This document shows positions 22,147 to 36,456 of a stretch of DNA of 64,000 nucleotides, one piece after another; the first letter of the stretch is position 1; each line of letters starts with the position of its first letter. The notes below the pieces were generated by a model. That model saw nothing but the letters and a program-made list of their open reading frames with translations, did not search any database and was not told the origin of the DNA. A program made the translations under genes and the position numbers. The stretch is from Lobosporangium transversale (Eukaryota): positions 1 through 64,000 of the forward strand of contig NW_019029023.1 of assembly GCF_002105155.1 (NCBI RefSeq), written 5' to 3'.

Positions 22147-22205
22147 CTTGATTAGCACCCATTATTTAATGTCAAGAAACAAGCAAACGTAGATTTGTAT
22201 ATGTA

Positions 22206-23330
22206 CAGTCACCTGAAACAAAGATTGGACAAAAAAATAAAATATTGAAATAGTTACGTAGGGAAGCGTTTCCTTCATTCTCTTTCCTTCCTGTTTTTCA
22301 CATACAAACAGCTTGAGTAAACCACCATGGCGAGACACTTAGACATTGAGAATAAAGGTATCATCGTTGGAATGCATCTCGCGGGCATGAAGGCTGCGGA
22401 AATCGCATTGCAACGCGGTGTACCCCGAACCTCTGTTATTAATATTATCAGGGTGTACCAAGAAAGAGGCACCACTGCTTGCACTCCGATCCCAGGACGG
22501 CCCAAAGTACTAAGTGAACGGGACCTCAGGAGCATCGTTCGCCATACTAAGCAGAATAGAAGGTGTACTCTTAATGATATTACTAACCAATTGCCGAACA
22601 AAGTTTGCGAGAGGACAATTGCGAAGGCATTGCATTCACTGGGTATTTTCAGCCGGATTGCAGTAAAAAAAACCATTCTTAAAAGAAGGACATACATATA
22701 AAGAGGAGGCTGCAGATCGTCAAAAAATATATGAATTGGTCCATGGAAGACTGGAATCGGGTAGTTTGGACTGACGAATCATTATTTGAAGTTGGCGAGC
22801 ATTTTCGTCAAAAAAGAGTTTGGCATAAAGCAGTGCTCCTATTCGAACTGACATTTTGTCAATTATGATGTTTCAGATTAAAAAAATAAATATCAATTGA
22901 CAAAATTTCAGTTCGAATAGGAGCACTGGCATAAAGTAGAGGAAAAGTACGATCACGATTGCCTCGCACCCACTTTCAAAAGTGGTAGAACAACTCTGAT
23001 GGTCTGGGGGGGGCGTTCACAGCAACCAGAAAGTCTCGGTTGGTTGTATTTGAAAGAGGTCGTAAAGATGGACGGTGTTTCGTGGAAGATGTATATCAAG
23101 GCGAGCTAGCCAGATTTATGGCTGAGGTAGAGGGTGGCATCCTTATGGAGGATAATGCTCCAGTTCATACTTGTAAGATTGCAAAAGAATGGCGCGAAAA
23201 AAACAGCATCCCGAGGATTCCAGACTGGCCTTCATGCTCCCCAGATTTGAACCCTATTGAACATGTATGGTCACTTCTTGCGGATGCACTCGATAGGCGC
23301 GCTAAAGGGCCAAGAGATCTTCCCAATTAT
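22206..23330 (+). mobile_element. Degraded Tc1/mariner: left end and frameshifted transposase from 22327, right end missing
   Basis: TA-CAGTCACC start; HTH region, WTDES, EDNAP...PDLNPIEHVW (35-residue spacing); interrupted by a MITE. Confidence 0.82.
22831..22928. mobile_element. 98-bp hAT-like MITE inserted in the Tc1 transposase
   Basis: TIR CAGTGCTCCTATTCGAACTGA; perfect TSD GCATAAAG; core is the reverse complement of the LTR-borne MITE core. Confidence 0.92.
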
Positions 23331-23385
23331 CATGGTTCAGGTTACTAGCGTCATTACAATTAAACGCTTTTGAATGGAGACTTAC

Positions 23386-23683
23386 CAGACAATGGTGGCT
23401 CAACAATGATGTGGATGGATCTTTTAGACAGTGTGTTAAAGACATCTGAGATAGCGCTCAATGAAAGTAGCTTCTTTGCATCGCTCTGGTTCTTTAATTC
23501 AATTGGTTTGTCCTCGTCTCCAATGGGGACACCCCGGAGTTGGAGATCCTTGGGCTTGATATCCAAGTCCATATTAATATTGGGATAGCTGGCTTTCTTG
23601 AGATCGTCCACAGTGGCATCCTCTGACACGACAACTGAGAAAGGCGTGGTTTCTCCATCAATGATGCAGAATAGTTTGACCAT
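23386..23683 (-). pseudogene. Crinkler (CRN) N-terminal ubiquitin-like domain exon, downstream exons lost
   Basis: MVKLFCIIDGE..PFSV...ATVDDLKKA...IHIIVEPP, then a GTAAGT donor; abuts the broken Tc1. Confidence 0.8.
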
Positions 23684-24210
23684 GGTTGGATAGTTCTAAA
23701 AAATAGTTGAAGCACTGTGTACCATGTCCAACGAGAATACGTACGTGTCGTGTGTCGAGTAAGTGAGCTGATAGGCTGGTCTGAAATCTTTAAGCCAATA
23801 ATGATCTCTTCAAGGGGCACTTTACAACGCACTGAAGTAAAAAAAAAACTGGCATCTGTGGGCCTCGTCGTCAATAGCTACTGCATCTTGGGCGCTTTCA
23901 TGATCATCAGATTCCATCTTATTGAGAAATAGTCTCTTTAATGATGTGGAGTGGCAAGATGCTCTTTCAATGTCTTCATTCGTCTCCCTATCTTTTCGAA
24001 TGCCGATGTGCCATTGGGTTTATCTTTAGCAGTTTGATGATGAGAGTGGATGAAAACGAGTGATTTGGATGGGCGGAAGGGTAGCATTCAGTAGGGCTGC
24101 AGGCTGTTATGACAGATTAGAATGGTTTTTCATTATAGTGTTTTACAGATGAGTTTTTTTCTTTTTTTTTTTTTATTACGATTAACTGACTTCAAAAAAA
24201 GGGCTGTTTT

Positions 24211-25161
24211 CTAAATAATAAAAGGTGGAGGAATGGTGACACTTCTGCCATTGGTATGGACCCTTTCTTCATAGTTGTCAGCCCGATAACTGGATCGATG
24301 GTGATGAACTGTCTTGACTGTGTAGACAGGGTTGATCAACTGCAGATCCGGATACTGTCGTTTGATCTCATAAAGCAATCTGTTTTCAGATCCACTGATA
24401 CCGAGCGTATAGTTCAAATTCGAGACAATCTCCTTCAACTTGGTCTTGTCTGAACAGATCGTCCTGGGGCTAAAGACAAAGGTGTCATAACTACCCCATT
24501 CTGGATACGGAAATGCTGTCATGCCCTTCTCAGTCAACCGCCATCTCGAAATCGCATAGAACGTATTCTCAAAGATCTTGTCCGATATCTTGGTGAAGAA
24601 TTCCAATGACATGTCATAGGAGATATCCGAGTTTGCATACAACACCCTGTAGTCCATCAAATGATCACACGCATATTGAATAAAATCGCCCATTAGCGGT
24701 CGCTCTGTGATCAAATGCTCATGATACTTGCTGGAGCCCTTGACGAATTTGGGCAGTATGGGGGCATCTTTGGCCTCGATCATCACATGGATTTGATCCA
24801 ACACATCAACAGCAAAGAGACTTGCGATACAAACATCCAACTCGGACTGACGTTCATCGTCCCGACCTTGAAAATACGAAGTAATGAAAGCTAGTTTGGC
24901 TTCGGGTCTGTAGACGAAGCAATCATCATCCGCTGCTCCACATGTCGGTTCGATCGGGGTATTGTTGACAACAGCTTGGTTCCGGAGGGTGATTCTGTCA
25001 TTATGAGGCGTTTTATTCGGAGATGGGATGTAATTACTCTGGGATTCATCGTTGTAATGGAACGATGGGCGCTCGACATAGCGAGAACCGATGACAAAGA
25101 AACTGAGGATAACAGCCACCGCCAAGATAGTTATCCCTCTTTTGTTTAGTGTTAATGCCAT
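24211..25161 (-). CDS. Intronless type II membrane protein, putative GT-A fold glycosyltransferase
   Basis: N-terminal TM helix and stem; YANSDI (DxD-like), AISRW, SYDTFVF, LGISGSENRL and HHH motifs. Confidence 0.65.
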   Translation of the reverse strand: MALTLNKRGITILAVAVILSFFVIGSRYVERPSFHYNDESQSNYIPSPNKTPHNDRITLRNQAVVNNTPIEPTCGAADDDCFVYRPEAKLAFITSYFQGRDDERQSELDVCIASLFAVDVLDQIHVMIEAKDAPILPKFVKGSSKYHEHLITERPLMGDFIQYACDHLMDYRVLYANSDISYDMSLEFFTKISDKIFENTFYAISRWRLTEKGMTAFPYPEWGSYDTFVFSPRTICSDKTKLKEIVSNLNYTLGISGSENRLLYEIKRQYPDLQLINPVYTVKTVHHHRSSYRADNYEERVHTNGRSVTIPPPFII

Positions 25162-26025
25162 TGGGGAGGATATGGCTTGATCAAAGTATATGGTGATGAG
25201 GTATCGAGCTGGTCCTGTCCTTCGTCTTTATTGTTTACTACTTGACATAGAGCTGATTATTCCTAGTATTAGCGGTTGTTATCTGGTACTGAATGTTGTT
25301 TATAGCGGACAGAGTGAGTGAGTGGAGGAATAAAAGAAAGAGAGGTGAAAAAAAAAATAAAAAAAAAGCGAGACAGTAAAAAAGATTTGAGTGGACTATG
25401 GAAACCCATTTTCGCTTCCCGAGAACGGGACAAAGTCTTCTTATAAACATTCAACATGTGTAACAAGACTCACAACAAGAGAACCAATTGGGCTACCAGT
25501 AGCGACCAAATGAAAGGGGCTACATATATTATTATATATAATAAGTACTATTGTTATTTAGTGAAGCTAGTCAGATCTACCGGGATTGGATCTTCAAGGA
25601 TGACTCTGTCTGTATTCCTTCCTAACGTACTTCTGTACTTCTTTCAATTATGGTGCAGCTGACAATACAGTAGAGCCTTTGTCACTCGATTTGTGTTTGG
25701 ATTTACATTGTATCGGTGAGTATACAATAGTCGTCAGAGTGTTGCGTGCGGATCCACCTTTCGCTACGATTCAGCGACGGCTGCCGCTGTTGTCCCATCA
25801 GTCTTTGTCTTTGTGTATGTGCAAGGAAATATGTGCAGTGAATTGTATAGTGAATTGTGTGCAGTGAAAATGTGCTCAAGAATGACATCGAACAATTCCT
25901 TCCTTCATTGCAACATAAACTATTTACCAGACGACATTGCTTGATGGGTTGCTCTTAGGTATTTTGTATCTCGACCTTTTTTTTTTTTTTTTTTTTTTTT
26001 CTTTTCTTTCTTTTCTTTTCTTTTT

Positions 26026-27546
26026 TCAAACAAACTTCACTTGGTCCAAGATCCTACACTCTAAAGATTTCATGGACAAATGACAATTCTTACAAAACTT
26101 TGTAAAATCCACTTTGACTTCTTCCTTCCATTTGTAATAAGGCGCCCGATCCACAGTCTTCAAAAAGTGAACCAACTCGTCCGTGGTTTTGAAATCCAAT
26201 GCCGAAATATAACTTCCTGCAGGCACAAAATCCCCAATGTCGGACGCACCCATATACACCGGGATCGCTCCACTTGCAAACGCATCATATATCTTTTCGG
26301 TCACATATCCAACACAATTCGAATTCTCAGCCGCAAGCGTGAATGCGTAGTTGGACAATACATTTTGCTTATGCTTCTCCCATGCCTCTCCAGGAACTTG
26401 CTCTGGCATATCTCTGTTATGGTGACAAGATCCATATGAATGAGCTCCGATCTTCTCAATCAACTCCAACATCAATTCGTTTCTGTTGTTCCTTGGTTCA
26501 CAATTCGAGATCACCCATGCCATCAAGTGGGTACTAGCTGTTATCTCTAACGAGAACTGTTCAGTCACAGGTACTTTGGGCTGAACATTCGCAAGATTTT
26601 CGATTGTCTCCTTTGAAATCGGCATCAAAGGATATGGCACATCGAACAGGGCATAAGGCGCTCCCATGGTTAGATCGAACTGCTGTAAGAATGAAGGAAG
26701 TGCCACATGTGCATAACTACCAATAGACTCACGACCGAATTCCAACACCCATCGTTGATGGGCTACACGAGGTGGCATTCGTCGTACGTCCCAAAAAGGA
26801 GGCCTCTGGATATAGTTGTAAAATGGATAGTCGATATAGATGATATCCGCTTCCCGAAACTCAGTATAATTGCTGTTGGAGATATATTTGAGTCGCTGAG
26901 AGGGTGTATCACACGTCTGGACCTTATCTCGACTCCAATCGGGTACATTCCTGTACCAGAACCAGCATGGAGCATACCCTTGCTCCCACTTCAACTCTTC
27001 TTTCTATCAGGCGTAGACGAGAATGTATAAAAAGAAAATGTCAAGATCAAACCTCGTAAAATATCATCAAAAGAGGTATTTTAAAAAAAAAATAAAAAAA
27101 ACTTTTTTTGGTACCTTGATATGCCAAGACCAGAGATAATCAAAAAATGACTGCAGTTCTGGAGGGAAAGGACAAAGAATCGCTGACTCCTTTTCCCAGT
27201 CAACAACTCCATCAACATACGTAAACTGCCGCCAATAAAAAATCTTGAGAGGTTCATCTGAGGTCTTGTCGGTGATCAATAAACCTCGAGGGTGCTTCCT
27301 TGTCTCTGGCAAATGATTACAGAGATCTTTTAGCTGATATGGATCTGTGTACAGATCTGGGTCGGGTTGGGGCGAAAAATACGTCACATTGAGTCTGGAT
27401 GATGTTCTGTGAAAGATACGGTCACCAAGTCCCGTAGAGTACAGCTGCGAGAACATGACTAAGAACAAAATGGTTGCTCCTATAAACAGGTTTCTTGTCG
27501 TCCGCCTCGTGAGCGTCGCTATGGGACATTGTCGCCTATCCATCAT
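26026..27546 (-). CDS. GT10 alpha-1,3/4-fucosyltransferase-like protein (exons 27546-27115 and 27003-26026)
   Basis: N-terminal TM; WVISNC; FTLAAENSNCVGYVTEKIYDAF..GAIPVYMG; frame-preserving GT-AG intron. Confidence 0.9.
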
Positions 27547-27895
27547 CGTATATTTTCTGTATATCTAGTGGTGGTGCCTCTCCTTTCCCTTGCTGATAGT
27601 CGCTGAATGCCTGAATGGTATAAAAATGAAATTGACGAATGTAATCAAGATGAAGCTTGGAATCATGTCAAAATGGAAGAGAAAAATGTCCAAAAATATT
27701 TTGACCCAATGTTTGATAACTAAATTTTTTTTTTTTTTTTTTTTTTTTTGTTTATTACAGTGATGGAAATGGATATTCATTGGGTTACAGTCAATTTCTT
27801 TTTCGTATCATATATTTTTCCTTCTCTTTATTTTAATCCGATTTGTTTTCTTCTATTTTATTATATATGAGAGAGAAAAGTAAGTCTACTTCAAC

Positions 27896-29524
27896 TCAGG
27901 CGAACCGTGTGTGGTCCAAGATTGTACATTCCAATGCCTGGACAGGCTTAAAGCAACGCTTGCAGAACTGACTCGCATCCTTCTTGACTTTTTCCTTCCA
28001 TGCAAAGAACGGTGCACGATTTGTCGTCCTCAAGAAATGGATCAGATCATCCGTGCTCTTAAACCAGGAAACATCAATATAGCTTTTTTCGGGCACAAAG
28101 TCTGCGATATCAGATGCACCAATGTACACTGGGATCGCCCCACTCTCAAATGCATCATAAATCTTCTCCGTCACGTATCCAACACAGTTCGAGTTCTCGC
28201 CCACGAACGCAAACGGATATTTACTTAGCACAGTCCTCTTGGCTTCCATGAGCGTGTCCCACCCATCGTCCGGAAGCAACTCCTTAGGAATCTGATGCAT
28301 ATTCATACATTTGCCATAGGAGTGCCCACCAGCTTTCGTTATCAGTTCCTGAATCACCTCATTGCGACGGTTCGTAGGATTGCAGTTGGAGATTACCCAG
28401 GCAATCAGATTCTTGGGATCCTTGTCGTCAAATGGGTATTTCGGCGTCACTTCTGCCATTTTCATGGCATATTCCTCACTGATATGCTGCAGTGGAAGCG
28501 ATACATCAAATAATTGTCCGGGCGCACCCATTGTCAAATCAAATTGCTGTAAGAACGAACCCAGTGCCACATGAGAGTAATAGGCGATTGATTCCAGTCC
28601 ATAGTCTAGAACCCACTTCTGATGAGCCAGCCTTGGTGGCATCCGACGCATCTCCCAGTAAGGCGGTTGCTCAATGTAGTTATAAAAAGGGTAGTCAATC
28701 AAGATGATGTCTGCATCCCGGAACTCTGTATAGTTGCTGGTGGTAATGTATTTGTAGTTTTGCTTTGTACTCTTGTCGCATGTTTGCTCTTTACCCCGGA
28801 GCCAATCTGGTACATTTCTATACCAGAACCAGCAAGGAGCGAACCCATCCTTCCAGACAATCAACTCATCCTATGTAGCCACAAATAAAAGCAATGGTGA
28901 TCGGGTCGGGAACAGGTTAATCAATAGATTAAAAAAAAAAAAAAAAGAAGAAAAAGTTGCTCTCTTCACATTATTGTACCTCTATTCTGTTTCTGAAAGA
29001 ACTTTTTTCCTCCTCTTGCCACTATTATCATCATTTACCTTGACATGATATGCTTTGTTAAAATTGAAGAAAGGCTGAAGCTCTGGTGGAAAGGGGCACA
29101 TCGTCTGGGACTCCTTCTTCCAGTCCGTTGGGGGATTATCCATGAACGTCTGTTGTCTCCACCTGAAGATCTTGATAGGCCCGCTCTCTGCAGTTCTCTC
29201 TGTGAAAACGACTTCATGAGGTCGACGGGGATTCTTGGGCAGGTTGTTACAAATATTCTCAATCTTGGTTGGGTTGGTCATGATTTGAGGATCAGGATGT
29301 TGCATTAAATAAGTAACTGCATCATTGCCTTCTTCGACATGCTGAGGTTGTGTTTCTGTCTCTTTGGTCGGAAGATTGAGGGTATTGGTTTGAAGTGTAC
29401 CTGCATATAGCTGGAGTGAAATGAACGTCAAAAACCCAACAATGAGCAGGCCCAGAATGAGCAACTTTCTCCTGTTGCGAGGAGCAAGCATGACATCTAA
29501 AAACGACTGTCTATGTTTATCCAT
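27896..29524 (-). CDS. GT10 alpha-1,3/4-fucosyltransferase-like paralog (exons 29524-29039 and 28870-27896)
   Basis: Same motifs (FAFVGENSNCVGYVTEKIYDAF) and an equivalent intron position. Confidence 0.9.
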
Positions 29525-29769
29525 ATAAAGGGATATCTCGAAACTCCTTTGAGAACAAAAAGCAGAAGGCGAAAGAGTGCGAGAGAGTGATGACAGGGGA
29601 GTGAAAGAAAAGAAGAGAAAGGTTGAAAATTGAATGAATGGTCTTTCCAGATGATGAATGCTGTGTAGCGCCCCTCAAATCATTTTAATTGGACACCTCG
29701 CTTTCTATTGATTTAGATTTATCCCGCAGGGAAGAAATTTTTTTTACCATCTTACCAAAATTCTACTTG

Positions 29770-30830
29770 ATCCTCTATCCATGTCGAACTTTGTCAGGGG
29801 TTAAGCACTCAGCTTTGCAAAACTTAGTCGGATCTTCCCTGACTTCCTCCTTCCATCAAAAGAATTGTGAACGATCCATAATTCTTCATATATTAGACCA
29901 ACTTTGAGATACTCTTGAACCGTCCTCCATCCATAAAGCTCGGACACAGTCTGCAATATCTTACACACTCATCTACACAGAAGTACTCTTAATCGCCAGT
30001 GTATCATAAATCTTCTCTGTCATATACCATATACCCTAGGCAATTGGCGTTCTCAGCTGCAAGTGCAAATAGATACTCCACCAAGACTTGTTGCTTGATT
30101 TCTTCCCATGATTTTCTACCATCCTTTTGACCTTGTGCAAACTCTGCAGGCAATTCCTTGTTATGCCAATATCGACCATATGAGTGTGTTCCAATCTCAT
30201 CAATCTCTTTCAAACTCGATTCCGTTGGCTCTTGGCATCACAGTTCGAGACAAAGAACGCATATACGTCGGTATAGTCACAAACGGATAATAGATCAGAG
30301 AAACTGGATGGAAATATGAACCTGTCTCTGATGAACGACCTTTGATGGCAAGAGTAAATTATCAAGATAAGGTATTTCCTAGACTTTAAGTCCATAGAGA
30401 TTGTCCAAATGTATAATGTCGGTGCCTCAAAAGTCAGTATAATTGGAGCTGATGACATGTTCCAACGTCCCATTCGCCTTTGTGTTGCTAGTCCCTCCTT
30501 TACCTTCGGCACTACCATATAGGTTAGTCCAGAAGATATAAGGTGCATAGCCTCTATCCCAATGAAGTAATTCATCCTTGATCTGTGTCTCCTTGCATCG
30601 CTCGAAAAAACGGCTGCAGCTCCAATGGGATCCGACAGAGTGTTTGTGATTTTCTCTTTTTCCAATCGACAACGGTTCCATAGTTGAGCCGCCTCCAATG
30701 AAAGATCTCTAAAGGCTGATCCCTGCTTTTCCGTGAGATCAAATGTTCACCCCTTTTGTTCAGACGGACTTGAGGGGTCCTGTTATAGTAGTTTTCCGTA
30801 TGTCATCTTTCTCATTCCTTTGATGCCACC
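29770..30830 (-). pseudogene. Degraded third GT10 paralog (boundaries approximate)
   Basis: Fragments in shifting frames: WDRGYAPYIFW, SSNYTDF, FVSNCD, HSYGRY, ALAAENANCLGY. Confidence 0.8.
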
Positions 30831-31440
30831 ATGAAGACAGTTTCCTTCTCCTGAAGATGAATGTATAAAACCAATAGAGCCTATAGGACCATATCTGTCA
30901 AGTACAGGAGCGTCAACAAGGATCGTAGTGGACTCTTGACTCGGATGATAGGCATTTGTTTTGAGAACAGGATGTAGGAGCCTTTTTTTCTATTTTTTTT
31001 TTTCCTTTTCTTGCGATCAAGAAAAGACCATATTCGGATGTTTTTTTTCCTGATGTGAATGAGTGAGAAAAGATGAACAAGGCTAGGTGGAATGAGATTC
31101 AAAAAGTCAGCGCGTCTAGGACAAATGGCTATCCTGAAACGCAGCAGTCTGTACGTGAAGCATCGATAAGACTATTTTTTGGTTTTTTTTCAGCCCTTTT
31201 CTGTGGACTAAAAAAAATGCTCGAATGAGAAAGATGTGTGCTTATTGGGACGCGCTGATTGGTTGGCAAGGGAAACCCTGGGCAATAGTTCAAGGTGGCT
31301 TGATCAGACAGATCAAATCTATTTCATGCGCTTAATTGAAAAGGGACCCACGCTTTTTTTAGTGTCCATCTCTCTTCTCTTTCAACTCATCAACCTTCCT
31401 TTCCCCCACTTACTCTTTGACCCTTTCTCTGCAAGCAACC

Positions 31441-33036
<1,596 letters not shown>

Positions 33037-33235
33037 AACAGTAGATGTGAGATTAGATAGAAAGAGAATCAAGCCTGTACTAATATTATAACAAAGTCAA
33101 TTTATTTACTCAAAATAAGAGCAACATGTGTATAAAATATTCTTTTTTTTCTGTGTTCTGTTGTACAACATTTAAAAAAAAAAGCTAAAAAAAACTTAGA
33201 AAAAAAAAAGTCTATTATTATTGTTGTTTCATTGG

Positions 33236-35798
33236 TTACTCAATCTTCCATCCTATTTGAAGCTCCGCCTCTGTCAAACCCTGCAGCAAGGTCTTTATCT
33301 CTGCTCTGGGCTGTCCCCACAAGGTGATGTTGTCGATTGAATGCTTGCCAAAGGCACTTCTGCCATCCATCACATTCCGCTTTAGAATGTACCCACAGCT
33401 CTCAAATCCACAGGCTTGCCCCTTTTTCACATAGCTCACATACATCGCACTTGACACATCTGTCGAGCTCATATTAGGTCGTTTCTCTCTCATTGCTGCC
33501 TCCATCCTCCTCTCCTCCTCCAAATCCTGCTGCAACCCTTCGATGAACTTCAGCACCCGAGGAACATCTACATAACGAGGGATAGCCTTCCAAAAGTTAC
33601 CCAAGAAGCGCCAAGTATCATCTCCACCATATTTGTTGATCAAGTCCTGAGGTACTTCAGGTCCAATGAGGACATCCAGCTCTTGTTCTGCCAGCTTTTG
33701 AGCTTCTGGATGGGTGGCCACATATTCTCGATGCTGATTCCGAAGCTGTTCAAGTTCTTCACCCTCCATAGCCCTCTTCTCTTCATCAGACTTGAGTATT
33801 GATTCAGGAAGTCCCAAGACAAGATGACCGACAAAGTGTTTTGCGCCCTGGACATCCTTATAGAACGGACATCGCTCTTTGGTCGCTTCATCCGGATAGT
33901 TGTGAGGTCCACAGACAGCATTGACGAATCGTTGGCCCAATGCTGTGGCTGAATGCTTGAACCAAGGCTCCCAATACCGTGAGGTATCAATGCTGATCAA
34001 AGTAGGGATTGGTCCATAACTGGGCATGAACACGGATGTGCCTATTGCGTTTCCATGAGGCGAAATTAACACGTTGACATCTCGAAGCAAATACGCCGTC
34101 TCTGCCAGCCCACAACCATGATCAAAACTCATCCACTTGACTCGGAACCCTGCTTGGACAAGACTTTGGATTAAAGACTCATCATTGATGATCCGCCTCG
34201 ACTTTTCGCGCTGGATAATACCAACGATCACTTTACGCTTGCTGCTCTTCCCAACATCAGCATATAGATTAATATAATCCTTCTCTGCATCGACTACATC
34301 TGGTTGTAGCTGTCCAACTCTTTTTGAGGATTCCTCCTTCTCAAGACCATGATTTGGTCCAGCGCCATTAAAGTTGTAATACCGTGCGAGATCCAGACAT
34401 CTTAACTGTGAATTTGGCTTCTCTTTATCAGAAGCCTGTTGTCGCTTCGTGATTGATTGGGATAACGACATCTCCTTGGCATGACTGCTCTGCTCTTCAT
34501 TCCTCTTGTTATTAGTTCTTTTCTGTGGTTGCGAATATGATCTACGCTCCTTTTGTTGAACTGATGATAACCTTTGGCGCTTGAGGATAGCCTTCTGTGT
34601 TGTCTCCAAATGGTTCTGCCAAACCTGAGGCGTTGACCAGTAATACTGTGCGATCTCGTCTCTGAAATGTTTATAGACCTCAGTAGGTATATTGTGTTCA
34701 CAGTAATCGAGCGCACATTGAGATCCAAGACCTATGACAGCTCGTCGGAAACAGATGGGTGCATCTGCTGGGGGTAAACTCTGAAATGCAGTTGAGATCT
34801 CCTCCTTGTTGAGGACTAGCTCCTTGCCAGATTGGAAGAAGTGCTCCATCTCCCACGATCCTTGCCTTTCGATTGGATCATATTTGAAGCGACCTGCTCG
34901 TAATGACCATGAATCTTTTGTGCCTCCAAAACGCTTCATTGTGCTTTTTTTTTTTTTTTTTTTATAAATGTCAAAATAAATCATTATCAAGACAAGGTTT
35001 TTTCTTTTTTTAATCAATCATAAGCAATTAATTAGAGTTTTTTTTTTCTTTTTTTTACCTGTAAAGAGGCATCATGCCATTATACAACCAATGTGAAAAG
35101 TGATAAGGTGAATACAATCCATGGACAAACAAAGTCTCGTTTACGTAATGTGCCCGGATTGTCTTTCTCCATGAACGTTCCAAACGGGGTTGCCAGTAGA
35201 CATCGGACTCTTCATCTGAGGACATCAGATTGACCTCGGGTAAATTTTTGCGGAAGATGCCATTTTTACGAATAAATGCACCTATTCATTATAAAAAAAT
35301 AAGAAAGAAAGAGAAAAGGTTTTTCGTTCAATCAACTGCAGAGTGCAATAGGTCTTTACCTTTTTTTCTTTTTTTTTTTTTTGCTCTTAGACCATTCTCT
35401 TTAAAAAAAAAAAAAAAAAAAAATGCATGGAGAGTGTAGGACTGGGATGAAAACAGGAGAAGAATCTTGCCTTTTCGATCCACACACAGGTTCTGTACAA
35501 CACACTGTCGAGAACGACGATTGTTTTTGGTTATCCTTTCATTGATAGGGAGTTGATCGTCTGTACAGGTCCAAGTGGCTTCTGGAAGAATGATCTCTTG
35601 AACGACTGTTTTGCCTCTCCAATATGAATCAGGCTCAGTTGTTGGCTTCTTTATCGGGCCACTCTGGTTATTGTCCAAACCGAGATAACCACCATAGTCG
35701 AGCACATCCCGAGAGCGATTGCTGAATGTCAAAGTCAAGAATACGACAGCAAGAATGACGAGGATGAGAATGTATCGTTTACTCCGGCGGGCAGTCAT
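33236..35798 (-). CDS. Spliced type II membrane protein, GT61/DUF563-like glycosyltransferase (about 3 exons)
   Basis: N-terminal TM; CVVQNLC, HFSHWLYNGMMP, CFRRAVIG, IIQREKSRRIIN and SPHGNAIGTSVFMP resemble GT61 motifs. Confidence 0.7.
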
Positions 35799-36456
35799 GA
35801 TGTTGTGAGAGATGGTGACGAAGGAAGACAGGAAATTGCCAGGGTCTCCCATAATTATGTCAAGGTCCAGATGAGAAAGATGAACTGCATGAATGTGTGC
35901 AGCTGTTCCAAAAAAAAAAAAAAAAAAAAAAAAAATCTGAACGTTCTTGTCGTCTATTTAATTAACATTAGAAAGTAATGGTGCAACTAAGTCCTTAACA
36001 CTATACCTTAACCACCATCAATATCGACAATCTTTCTATCGCTCTCCGCAATCAAGTTCATATCGCACCAACCTCGTTGCCACTTTAAACATGCCATTGG
36101 CGATTAAATTCCTCGGCAGTAATAGATACCTGACATTGGTTCGTTGGTACCTGAGTAAACCATCTCCAGGTCAAGGATAGCTATCGAGATTTTTTTTTTT
36201 TTTTTATCGCATTTTAGATTCAAGTTTCATCAAGACAAAATACATAGCATAAATGTGTTTTTGTTGCTTATGGATTTTAATATATGCGCAAGAATCCATT
36301 TCATTATGGTTTTGTCTTTACAAAAGAAAAAGAAAGAAAAGAAACAAAAACATGATCAACATGTTTAAGCAATACTAAATAACAATGATAGTAATAATAA
36401 AACGATATCTATGAACAAAAAAAAAGGGAGGAAATAACTAACTACATTGAGATTTT

